From the NCBI GenBank assembly GCA_964490125.1, contig CAZBAJ010000001.1, positions 67,573 to 131,572 on the forward strand: a DNA stretch of 64,000 nucleotides. Reading direction: 5' to 3'. Within the stretch, counting starts at the first letter, position 1; the number at the start of each line of letters is the position of its first letter. The notes below the pieces were generated by a model, which was given only the letters and a program-made list of their open reading frames with translations, was not told the DNA's origin and did not search any database. This document shows, one piece after another, positions 26,306-35,485 of the stretch. The DNA is from an uncultured Candidatus Saccharibacteria bacterium (lineage in GTDB: Bacteria; Patescibacteriota; WWE3; UBA101185; UBA10185). Made by a program: the position numbers and the translations under genes.

Positions 26306-27802
26306 ATGTTTAAGGGCTGTAAAGTAAACACATTTTGGATAATAACGGTTTTTTCAATTGTCGCCCTCTTCTTTAGTTGGCTCTTTGTCTATAAAACTGG
26401 CATAAATACTTTGGCGATTCAGTCGGAGGACACTATTCCGGCTATGTTTCTACCTGTAAATATAATAAAAGAAGGAACTTTTTATGCGGACTCGTACTAC
26501 CAAATGATTATCCAAAAATATCCGCATCCTGATGACAAAAAGTACGACAAAGGTTTAACGCCGTTTTATTTTAGAAAAATCGTCAAAGAAGATCCTACAA
26601 AGTCATGCGTGGGGGAAGGATGTACTTTGGAGACACACTACATTTCCGCCTTTCCCGTAATGACGGGGCTTATGAGTCTGCCAGTCTATCTAATTCCGGT
26701 TTTGGCGGGCATGCCCGTTACTTGGGAAAATCTTATTTTGCTTTCTCACCTCTGCGCGTCGCTAATCATGGCTTTAAGCGGGGGCTTCTTTTACCTTTTG
26801 TTAAAAAAGCTGGTTGACGATAAAAAGGCGATTTTACTCACTACGCTTTACCTTTTTGGGACGGTTAATTTTGCTATGATTTCTCAATCTTTGTGGCAAC
26901 ATGGAGCCGTTCAATTGTTTACCGTTCTAAGCCTGCTGTTTTTATTAAAGTCGCGCGACTTGAGAGGAATCGGACTTAGCGACAATATCGGGGGCGGTGA
27001 TGTAATTGTTAAGTCAAAGAGAAGCTATGGAAATTTGGTATTATCGGGGTTTTTCTTAGGGTTAGCAGTACTTGCCCGACCTACTGCCGGGATACTCCTT
27101 CCGTACTTTGTTATTTTAGCCATTTATCTTTGGAATTCTGAAACTCTGGAAAGCAGATTGTCGTTTGGGATGCTATTTTCCATAGTCAAAACCAAAGTTA
27201 TATTTTTAGTTGGTTTAATTCCTGCCGTAGTGTTTTTTATCTGGTACAACGCCACTTATTTTGTTGACTTGGGAAACCAGGGTTACGCTAACCAAGTAGG
27301 GAGTAATTGGTTAACGCCCTTCCCGTGGGGATTTTTGGGACTTTGGCTGTCGCCCAGCAAGGGTCTGCTAATCTACTCGCCGATTTTTATTTTTAGCATA
27401 GTTGGTGCCTACCTAGCTTTAAGAAAATCAGCTTGGCGTCAAAATCTAATCTACTTAGTTTTTTTGTCGATTGTCCTAACCCACACTTTGATTTTAGGTG
27501 CGTGGAAACATTGGTACGGCGGTTATTCCTTTGGTTACAGAATGGCAAGCGATATTATTCCGTTTCTTATTTTGCTACTAATCCCGTATTTTAAGTCGTC
27601 CTTATACAACCGCACCAAACGGCTTTTTTACGGCGCAATTATAGCGTCAATCTTAATAGAATTTATGGGTTTAGCCTTTTTTGACGGGATTTGGCACGGC
27701 ACCTACGACAAAGGCTTTTGGCACCAAGAGTGGCTTTGGAGCATTCAAAACAGTGAGGTCGTTTTTAACATCCGCCGATTACTGGTAAAATTAGGTCTGT
27801 GA
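26306..27802 (+). CDS. Large polytopic membrane protein, putative GT-C-type glycosyltransferase (DUF2079-like)
   Basis: About 12 TM helices, 498 aa, heads a glycosyltransferase cluster. Confidence 0.4.
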   Translation: MFKGCKVNTFWIITVFSIVALFFSWLFVYKTGINTLAIQSEDTIPAMFLPVNIIKEGTFYADSYYQMIIQKYPHPDDKKYDKGLTPFYFRKIVKEDPTKSCVGEGCTLETHYISAFPVMTGLMSLPVYLIPVLAGMPVTWENLILLSHLCASLIMALSGGFFYLLLKKLVDDKKAILLTTLYLFGTVNFAMISQSLWQHGAVQLFTVLSLLFLLKSRDLRGIGLSDNIGGGDVIVKSKRSYGNLVLSGFFLGLAVLARPTAGILLPYFVILAIYLWNSETLESRLSFGMLFSIVKTKVIFLVGLIPAVVFFIWYNATYFVDLGNQGYANQVGSNWLTPFPWGFLGLWLSPSKGLLIYSPIFIFSIVGAYLALRKSAWRQNLIYLVFLSIVLTHTLILGAWKHWYGGYSFGYRMASDIIPFLILLLIPYFKSSLYNRTKRLFYGAIIASILIEFMGLAFFDGIWHGTYDKGFWHQEWLWSIQNSEVVFNIRRLLVKLGL

Positions 27803-29052
27803 GCGATACATACAACATTATTTGCCTTTCCAACCAGCTTTGGCTTAAAGATTATTGGACAAATAAAAGTCATGTCATGAGCCGTCTTAGCAAGTTGGGG
27901 CATAAGGTGCTTTTTGTGGAGCCACCGATTAATACCGGCAGACTTTTTTTACGACAGGTGTTAGCCGGTGCGTGGTCAAAAAATCGGCTAATTACCAAGA
28001 CAAGCGTTATTAAAGAAAGCGGGGTTTTAGTTTATTCGCCTTTAAATTTTTTGCCAAACTCTGGTTTCAATACAAGTCGACATATAAAGAGTATAGAAAA
28101 ATTAGCAAAAAGTTACTTTGATCCCACAAGAAAGACTCTGTTGTGGGTTTATCATGTCCAACTAAAAGAGCTTATGGACTATGTGGGTAGGCTCCATCAC
28201 GACATTTTAATTTACGATTGTGTAGATAACTACCTTGGTTTTCCCGAAAATAGTGATTTTTATGCCACCACCGTGAGTAAAAAGCAATTAATTCTGCAGG
28301 AAGTGGAATTGGCTAAAAAGGCGGATTTGATTTTTGCTTCCGCACCGGGTTTGGTTGACAGGCTGATTAAACATAATCCTAACACACACTTTACGCCAAA
28401 TGTGGGAGATTACCAAAAGTTTAAAGACGCAAAGTTAATAAAGGAGCTTCCCAGCGACTTAGCTAAAATAAAGAAACCGGTAATTGGTTTTACTGGGGCT
28501 CTGGATGAATATAAATTCGACATGGAACTGTTTAAAAAGGTTATCAAAGAGTGTCCGAACTGTTCGTTTGTGCTTATCGGCTCTATGGCAATAAAAGGTA
28601 AGGAGGTTACAAAAGACGAACTGGGTTTATCTGACTTTGAGAACGTTTATTTACTTGGTCCAAAACCATACGCGGATATTCATAATTATTTTGCTGGTTT
28701 TGACGCCTACATTATTCCTTACCAGCTAAACGATTACACTGTTGGCGGGTGTTTTCCCGTAAAGTTTCACGATGCTTTGGCAGCGGGTTTGCCCGTGGTG
28801 GTAACCGATATGCCTGTCTACACATTGTTTAAAGATGTTTGTTATATTTCTAAAAGTGACGATGAGTTTGTTGACAATGTAAAGCGGGCGGTTGCGGAAG
28901 ATTCGGTTGACAAGATTAAAGCCAGACAAGAAGTCGCCAAACACAATAATTGGGACGGTAAAGTTGCCAGTATGCTAGAGTTAATAAACAAAGTCATTGC
29001 GAGGAGCGAACTAAAGCAGCAATCTGGGATTGCTTCACTGCGTTCGCAATGA
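27799..29052 (+). CDS. Glycosyltransferase family 4 (group 1)
   Basis: C-terminal GT4 signature ...FHDALAAGLPVVVTD. Confidence 0.7.
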   Translation: MSDTYNIICLSNQLWLKDYWTNKSHVMSRLSKLGHKVLFVEPPINTGRLFLRQVLAGAWSKNRLITKTSVIKESGVLVYSPLNFLPNSGFNTSRHIKSIEKLAKSYFDPTRKTLLWVYHVQLKELMDYVGRLHHDILIYDCVDNYLGFPENSDFYATTVSKKQLILQEVELAKKADLIFASAPGLVDRLIKHNPNTHFTPNVGDYQKFKDAKLIKELPSDLAKIKKPVIGFTGALDEYKFDMELFKKVIKECPNCSFVLIGSMAIKGKEVTKDELGLSDFENVYLLGPKPYADIHNYFAGFDAYIIPYQLNDYTVGGCFPVKFHDALAAGLPVVVTDMPVYTLFKDVCYISKSDDEFVDNVKRAVAEDSVDKIKARQEVAKHNNWDGKVASMLELINKVIARSELKQQSGIASLRSQ

Positions 29053-29062
29053 CGCTCGATAT

Positions 29063-30193
29063 ATGAAAATACTTTACACATTAAATTCAGGCGTTCCTGG
29101 CGGTATGGAGCAGCATGTTTTGGACTTAGTAAGCCAAATGCTTGCCCACGGTCACGAGGTGTATGTTTGGTGTAATGGCGGGGTAATTTACGACTGGTAT
29201 AAAAAAGCGGGTGCTAAAGTTACAGAGAAAACTATTAGAGACGACATTGATATTACCTACATCAAAGAGTTACGACAATTTCTAAAAGAAAACAAGATTC
29301 AAATAGTTCATGCACACGAGCTTAAAGCGGTTGCTAATACACTGCTTGCGGGGTTTTGGGCGGGGGTCAAGGTTAGAATTACTCATCAACACACGCCGTT
29401 TACCGATTGGCAAGTCCCAAAGTCAAAAAGACTTATTTACGATATTTTTTATTCCTTAGCGGTAAATATTTTGGCGACAAGGGAAATTGCGCTAACCAAA
29501 ACTATTAAGCAGTTAAAGATGCAGGCGGGAATTACTCAAAAAAAGCTTGCGGTGATTCCAAACGGCATCGATACCTATAAGTTTTTTGTAGCAGAAAACG
29601 AACGGGAAATATATCGCAAAGAGGTTTGTAAAAAATATCGCATTGATCCGTCAACCAAAATTATTGGAAACATTAGCAGGACGACTAAGGAAAAAGGTCA
29701 CGACCTGTTAATTAGAGCGTTTGCGGAATTACTTTCCGACAAAAACATAAACCGCGCCAAGTATACACTTATGATTTGTGGCGGTGGTGACTTGGAAGAA
29801 GATTTGTGGACTTTGGCAGGGGAGTTGGGCGTTAAAGACCTGATGGTTATTACTGGTCGGTTTGACGACGACTTAAAGCTTAAATTTTATAGCGCGTTTG
29901 ACTATTTTGTTTTCCCAACTTTGGCAGAAGGCTTTGGAATAGTGCTAATTGAGGCTTTAATTTGCGGACTTCCGGTTTTATGTTCAGACATGCCGGTACT
30001 TAAAGAGGTTGGTGGGCAGTTTCCGTTGTATTTTAAGTTGGGGGAGTATCAGGATTTGGCAGAAAAACTGGTGGACATATTAGAAAAACCGCGGGACGAC
30101 GGTCAACAAAAAAGTTACATTGAAAAGAATTATTCTTTGGAAAAGTTTGGCGAGAATTATCATAAACTGTATGAAAGTTGTCTAAAAATTTAA
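29063..30193 (+). CDS. Glycosyltransferase family 4
   Basis: PTLAEGFGIVLIEALICGLPVLCSD; start at MKILYT. Confidence 0.75.
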   Translation: MKILYTLNSGVPGGMEQHVLDLVSQMLAHGHEVYVWCNGGVIYDWYKKAGAKVTEKTIRDDIDITYIKELRQFLKENKIQIVHAHELKAVANTLLAGFWAGVKVRITHQHTPFTDWQVPKSKRLIYDIFYSLAVNILATREIALTKTIKQLKMQAGITQKKLAVIPNGIDTYKFFVAENEREIYRKEVCKKYRIDPSTKIIGNISRTTKEKGHDLLIRAFAELLSDKNINRAKYTLMICGGGDLEEDLWTLAGELGVKDLMVITGRFDDDLKLKFYSAFDYFVFPTLAEGFGIVLIEALICGLPVLCSDMPVLKEVGGQFPLYFKLGEYQDLAEKLVDILEKPRDDGQQKSYIEKNYSLEKFGENYHKLYESCLKI

Positions 30194-30198
30194 TAAAT

Positions 30199-31317
30199 AT
30201 GAAAGTTCTTTTTCTAGCAAGGTCAGATCTTTACACGGTTGCCGGCGGGGACACCGTCCAAATAGAAAATACCGCAAAAGAGCTTAAAAAGCTTGGCGTG
30301 GATGTAGATGTTGCGACAAACTCACATGTGGATATTAAAAATTACGATCTTGTTCATATCTTTCAGCTTGACTGGGTGCCGGAGACCTACTTTTATGTTA
30401 AAAAAGCTAAGGAATACGGCAAACATATTGTTTTGTCGCCCATTCACCACGCAGAAGTTGAGGTTAAAAAGTTTGATGACATTTACACTTTTGGACTCCG
30501 TAAACTGGTGGGTTATTTTATCCGCAAGCAAGAGCATCGTGATATTTTAAAGAATATTTACCGGTCTTTGCACGACAAATCTAAGCTACTTCCAACCTTA
30601 AAAGGTGCTTTTTTTGGTTACAGGCGGACGCAAAGAGAGGCGTTAATAATGTCGGACATAGTTTTGGTGCAGACGGATCAGGAAGCCAAGGATTTACAGT
30701 CGACTTATAGAGTGGATTTTAAATGGCAAAAGGTGGTAAATGGCGTGTCAGAGCAGTTTTTGTCGTGCGACAAGTTTGTAAACAAACTAGCGTTTAAGGA
30801 TTACATAATATGCGTCGGGAGAATAGAGGCCAGAAAAAACCAATTAAATATTATTGAAGCGGTTAAACTTTTCCGCCAGGAAAAAGGTTTTGAAGATGTC
30901 AAGCTGGTGTTTTTGGGCAGACGGAGCGAACATCACAAAAGCTATATTGCCAAGTTCGACAATCAATTAAAGAGCAATAGCTGGATTGTCCACCCGGGTT
31001 TTATTCCGCAGGATGATATTCCCAGTTACTATCATTTTGCTAAAGTGGGAGTTTCTGCCAGCTGGTTTGAAACCACCGGACTCACCAGTTTGGAGGCGTT
31101 ATTTTGCGGAACAAATGTAGTAGCCAGTGGGGAACGGGCAAGAGAGCTTTTGGGCGACTTGGCGGTTTATTGCGAGCCAGCTGATGTAATCTCCATTAAA
31201 AATGCGCTTAGGGAGGCTTACACAAGACCTGCACCAGTAGTTCCGGCAAGTTTTAAAAAGGAATACACTTGGGAAAATGCCGCCAGGCAGACTTTGGAGG
31301 TTTATCATGAACTTTGA
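30199..31317 (+). CDS. Glycosyltransferase family 4
   Basis: ETTGLTSLEALFCGTNVVAS; start MKVLFLA. Confidence 0.7.
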   Translation: MKVLFLARSDLYTVAGGDTVQIENTAKELKKLGVDVDVATNSHVDIKNYDLVHIFQLDWVPETYFYVKKAKEYGKHIVLSPIHHAEVEVKKFDDIYTFGLRKLVGYFIRKQEHRDILKNIYRSLHDKSKLLPTLKGAFFGYRRTQREALIMSDIVLVQTDQEAKDLQSTYRVDFKWQKVVNGVSEQFLSCDKFVNKLAFKDYIICVGRIEARKNQLNIIEAVKLFRQEKGFEDVKLVFLGRRSEHHKSYIAKFDNQLKSNSWIVHPGFIPQDDIPSYYHFAKVGVSASWFETTGLTSLEALFCGTNVVASGERARELLGDLAVYCEPADVISIKNALREAYTRPAPVVPASFKKEYTWENAARQTLEVYHEL

Positions 31318-34162
31318 GCCTGTTTTTATAGCCTTGATTTTTGGTTTTTCGCTAATAGCGATGCTAGTAAGTCCTAAAAAATCGGTCTACCTTATTTTGG
31401 CTGCTTCGGTTTTATTACACAAGGAGCTTTTTAGCGTTTATTCTTGGAACATTCTGCCAATTAGAGTCGTTATGGGAGCAGTTTTGGGCTTTGTAATGCT
31501 CGACATCTTTAAGTCGGTCAAAAATAAACGGTTGGATTGGTTTAAGGAGCAGTTTCAAAGTCCGCTCCCGATTTTGCTCTTGGCATTTTGGGCGATTGCC
31601 GGAGTTTCCATATTTTTTTCCAAAAACATACCTGCTAGTTTGTCAGTTTATGTTTTCTTAACCACGGTTGTTGCGCTTTATTTTTACTTTAGTAAGATTT
31701 TTGACGGAGATAAATTTAGCGTATTACAAATTATTAAGGTTTACATCGGCATCGCTTTTATTTTGTCGCTCATAAGTTTTGTGCAAATTTGGGTTTATAA
31801 AAACTACAACTTTATCTTTGGCGCGTTTTGGAATGTACCCGGTCATACGCCTAGAGTAGGCTCGCTGTTTTGGGATGTAAACCATTTTGCCGGTTTTTTG
31901 GTGCTGTTACTGCCGATTGTGGGTGCTTTAGTTTTGGTGTCGACTTGGAGGCGTCGTCTAAAGTTTGGGCTAATGGGTATAACAATGTTTGTGACCTTGG
32001 CGTTGACTAACGCCCGCAGTGGTTGGATTGCCGGCGCGTTGGCGCTCTTGGTATTTGTGTTAATTTTGGTGTTTAGAAAGTTTAAATACAAGGGTTTTGC
32101 GGTCATATTTTCTTTACTTTTGGCTGTTACTGGGGGGGTTTTGTCACAGTATTTAGATAAGCAAAGCCCTGTACGACGGGAGATCCGGCAGTATTTTCAT
32201 TACCGCTTGGATTCGTTTGACTCGCATTTTTTGTTGCTTACCGGCGCCTGGCAAGTGTTTGAAAAATATCCCATTTTGGGCGGCGGGTACGGCGGTTTTT
32301 TTGAACACTTTGCTAAATCCAAAATCTCTGCAACTTTTTTTGCGCGTGATCCCGCCGCCCTGAATACCCGTGTGCCGGCTCATTCCACTTGGGGAGAGCT
32401 TCTAGCAGAAACCGGCGTTTTAGGTTTTTCTCTCATGTTGATGTTTTACGCCACCGTAGTTTTTACTCTACTTTACGCGTCCTTGCGCCTAAAAAAACGC
32501 CAGGAATTTATAGTTACTTCCGCCATGACGGCTTCCGTCGTAGGTATTCTGACGGCTGGAATTTTTTATTCTTACAACTCGGAGTTTTTCTGGATCATCT
32601 TACTTTTGTATTTTCTTTACGGGTTATATTGCTTGCGGACGGAATTTGTCGATCGTGGTGAAAGCCTTTGGAACGATATTTATTCTTATTTTATTTCTAA
32701 TCCAAAGTTTCCGCCGGCAGTTTTATTTGTTATCGCTTCAGCCCTAATTTTTATCAACCTAGGTTCTAATCATCTAATTCCGTACGATGAGGCTATTTAC
32801 GCCAAGGTCTCTCAAAACATTGTGCAAACAAACGATTGGCTAACCATGTTCTGGCGGGATGGTCTTCCGTGGTTTGAGAAACCGCCTTTGTATTTTTGGC
32901 TTTCCGCGTTGGCTTTAAAAATTCTTCCAGCAACTCCGGAGCTTGCCGTCCGCCTGCCGTCCGCCATATTTGGACTTCTGTCCGTTATGCTAATCTACAT
33001 CTTTGGTAAGAAGCTGTTTGGCAAAACCGCGGGTTTTATAGCAGGTTTTAGTTTGCTCACAATCTTTCATTTTTTGTATTACTCGCGACTCGGCATGCTA
33101 GATGTCACCTGCACATTTTTTATTCTCGCATCGCTTTATTTTTACTACCTAGCCTCGCAAGAAATTGGCAAAGCTAAACTTGTTTTGGCAGGACTTTTTC
33201 TGGGACTTGCAGTTTTAACTAAAGGCGTGGTGGGGTTTTTACCTCTAATAATTATTTCACTTTGGGAAGTTTCTGGACTTTTTAAGCGTCGCCCAACCGC
33301 GTCTACCATTTTTGTCTCACTAGCCAAAATTCTTGTCGTCCTACTTACCTCTGCAGTGATATTTTTGCCATGGCATTTAAAAATGTATCAGCTTCACGGT
33401 CAACCCTTTATAACAAGCTATTTGGGTTATCATGTTTTTGGCAGGGCGACGCTGGAAACGGAAGATAAGACCGGGCCGATTTACTGGTATTTTATTGTAC
33501 TAAAAGTTTCCATGCGACTTTGGTTTTTAGCTTTGATTCCCTCTGTAGTTTATGCGATTTACGGTCTAGTTAAGAATAAAACGGATCGTCCAAAGCTAGG
33601 TTTACTACTAATCTGGGCGGTGTTAATTTTGGCAGTTTTTTCCTTATCAAAGACCAAGTTGGTTTGGTATATTATGCCCATTTACCCTGCTTTGACGCTG
33701 TTAATTGGTTATTTCTATTCCGTTGCTTTAGCTTTTGTCGACCACAAACTTTCCCAACTTAAGCATGTCTCGTCCTTCTTTTTAAAAACTCTAATAATTT
33801 ATCTAACAGTTTGCGTCGTCTTGATTTATACGCTAATAAATAAGAATCTAATTTACCCGTCCGACTTAACGGGGTCACAGGCGCAAATGATGCAACTTAA
33901 AAACAGCATTTACGGTCAAAAAGAAAAAGTGTATTTGGACAGAATCGAGCTTCCGCTAGCGCTTTTTTATGCAGACGGACCTTTTGAAATCACCGATTTT
34001 ACTCCGTTACGCCAGTCGCTAAAAACCGCTAACGCGGAAAAAACCCGGCTACTATTTATTACCAAAGAAAGTCGATTTAAACAATTTCAAAAAGAGTATC
34101 CGGCAATAAAGCTTGTCGGCTCGGCAAAGGAGTGGTATTTTGGGGAGCTGGTGGCGCAATGA
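31307..34162 (+). CDS. Fusion membrane protein: O-antigen ligase/polymerase-like (Wzy_C) N-domain + PMT/ArnT-family (GT39/GT83) C-domain
   Basis: N-half: NARSGW region typical of Wzy_C; C-half: YDEAIYAKVSQN...FEKPPLYFWL hallmark of PMT/ArnT family; about 950 aa, more than 20 TM helices. Confidence 0.65.
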   Translation: MNFEPVFIALIFGFSLIAMLVSPKKSVYLILAASVLLHKELFSVYSWNILPIRVVMGAVLGFVMLDIFKSVKNKRLDWFKEQFQSPLPILLLAFWAIAGVSIFFSKNIPASLSVYVFLTTVVALYFYFSKIFDGDKFSVLQIIKVYIGIAFILSLISFVQIWVYKNYNFIFGAFWNVPGHTPRVGSLFWDVNHFAGFLVLLLPIVGALVLVSTWRRRLKFGLMGITMFVTLALTNARSGWIAGALALLVFVLILVFRKFKYKGFAVIFSLLLAVTGGVLSQYLDKQSPVRREIRQYFHYRLDSFDSHFLLLTGAWQVFEKYPILGGGYGGFFEHFAKSKISATFFARDPAALNTRVPAHSTWGELLAETGVLGFSLMLMFYATVVFTLLYASLRLKKRQEFIVTSAMTASVVGILTAGIFYSYNSEFFWIILLLYFLYGLYCLRTEFVDRGESLWNDIYSYFISNPKFPPAVLFVIASALIFINLGSNHLIPYDEAIYAKVSQNIVQTNDWLTMFWRDGLPWFEKPPLYFWLSALALKILPATPELAVRLPSAIFGLLSVMLIYIFGKKLFGKTAGFIAGFSLLTIFHFLYYSRLGMLDVTCTFFILASLYFYYLASQEIGKAKLVLAGLFLGLAVLTKGVVGFLPLIIISLWEVSGLFKRRPTASTIFVSLAKILVVLLTSAVIFLPWHLKMYQLHGQPFITSYLGYHVFGRATLETEDKTGPIYWYFIVLKVSMRLWFLALIPSVVYAIYGLVKNKTDRPKLGLLLIWAVLILAVFSLSKTKLVWYIMPIYPALTLLIGYFYSVALAFVDHKLSQLKHVSSFFLKTLIIYLTVCVVLIYTLINKNLIYPSDLTGSQAQMMQLKNSIYGQKEKVYLDRIELPLALFYADGPFEITDFTPLRQSLKTANAEKTRLLFITKESRFKQFQKEYPAIKLVGSAKEWYFGELVAQ

Positions 34163-35391
34163 GATATGTAACGGTGTTAAAAAAAGTTTCCTTGGTTAGC
34201 GCCGGCAACATAATAAATGCGGGTTTTGGACTAATTTTTCTTACCGCTTGCGCAAAAACATTAAATGTAGCCGACTTTGGCAAATACGCCCTGCTGACTA
34301 CCCTTTTGGTTTTTATGTCCAAGGTGGTGGATTTTGGCTCAAATTCTGTTTTTGTAGCCGAGTCGCTTAAAACCCAAAACCGACAAATGTTAATTGAGCG
34401 TTTTTATCTGCTTAAAGTAGCGTTATTCGGTGTAGCTTGTCTTCTATCCGTTGTCGTACTGTACTTTTTAGGTTTTGGCTCGCCTCCGGTAATAACTATT
34501 TTTCTTGTCGGACTTATTTTTTACTCCATTAATGTCACGCTTTTTGCTATTTATCAGTCTTTAGAAATGTTTAGACATGCGGTTTTGCTAAACACCATTC
34601 CGGCAATAGTCAAAGCAATTTTGGGCGGACTTATGCTTCTGCACATTTTTACCCCGTCGTTACTAACTATTTACGCCATATTTTCCCTGTCCATGGGACT
34701 CTGCATAGTCCTCTACTTTTTTATCCCAAAGGAATTTAAGTTTTTCCGTCAAACTGATAACTCGTCACAAGGGTTTCTGCCCATTCTTACAACCAGTTTT
34801 CCCGCAGGAATTTCCCAGCTTATTTCCCAAGGCTGGCCCGCAATTTCCAATACTATTGTTAAAATTTCCAAAGGATTTACAGATGTTGGGGTTTTTTATT
34901 TGGCCGACAAAATTGCCAATGTCTTTAATCTAGTCTCGCTTTCTATTTTTACGGTTATTTTGCCCCAAAATGCCCGGCGTAAAAAGGAGAATCTCCCGCA
35001 CGACTTAAAAGAAACCGCGTTTTTAGGTGTGCTTATTTTGCTATTGGCGTTTGGATTTGTTGGTGTTTCCGGTATTTTTGTGACCAAACTTTTTGGCGAC
35101 AAATTTAGCGGTTCTTTATTGATTTTGGACATTTTGATTGTTTCCTCGGCAATTTCTGCCATCCACGCGTTTATGGAAAATTATTTTTATATTCACGACA
35201 GCACCAAGACTATTATGTATATTTCTTTGGTAAAGCTTGGCGTATTTATTGCCCTTGCTCTAGCGCTGATTCCAGTTTTGTCCCTTAAAGGACTGGCACT
35301 AGCACAACTTGTTTCTTCCTTGCTTGGTCTTACGATTGTGGTTTTGACGACCATCTTTGCAAGTCGCAAACGCAGTTGGTCTAAGGTGTGA
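34159..35391 (+). CDS. wzx: Polysaccharide flippase (MOP/Wzx family)
   Basis: 12-14 TM, MOP-like repeats; ATGA overlap with upstream gene. Confidence 0.6.
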   Translation: MRYVTVLKKVSLVSAGNIINAGFGLIFLTACAKTLNVADFGKYALLTTLLVFMSKVVDFGSNSVFVAESLKTQNRQMLIERFYLLKVALFGVACLLSVVVLYFLGFGSPPVITIFLVGLIFYSINVTLFAIYQSLEMFRHAVLLNTIPAIVKAILGGLMLLHIFTPSLLTIYAIFSLSMGLCIVLYFFIPKEFKFFRQTDNSSQGFLPILTTSFPAGISQLISQGWPAISNTIVKISKGFTDVGVFYLADKIANVFNLVSLSIFTVILPQNARRKKENLPHDLKETAFLGVLILLLAFGFVGVSGIFVTKLFGDKFSGSLLILDILIVSSAISAIHAFMENYFYIHDSTKTIMYISLVKLGVFIALALALIPVLSLKGLALAQLVSSLLGLTIVVLTTIFASRKRSWSKV

Positions 35392-35485
35392 TTTTTGATT
35401 ACATGCGGTCTAAAGGTGGTTTTTCTGCTGTTGTTACAGGTTTGGTTTATTTATAAGGGTAAATTAGATATAATGACCGAAATGT

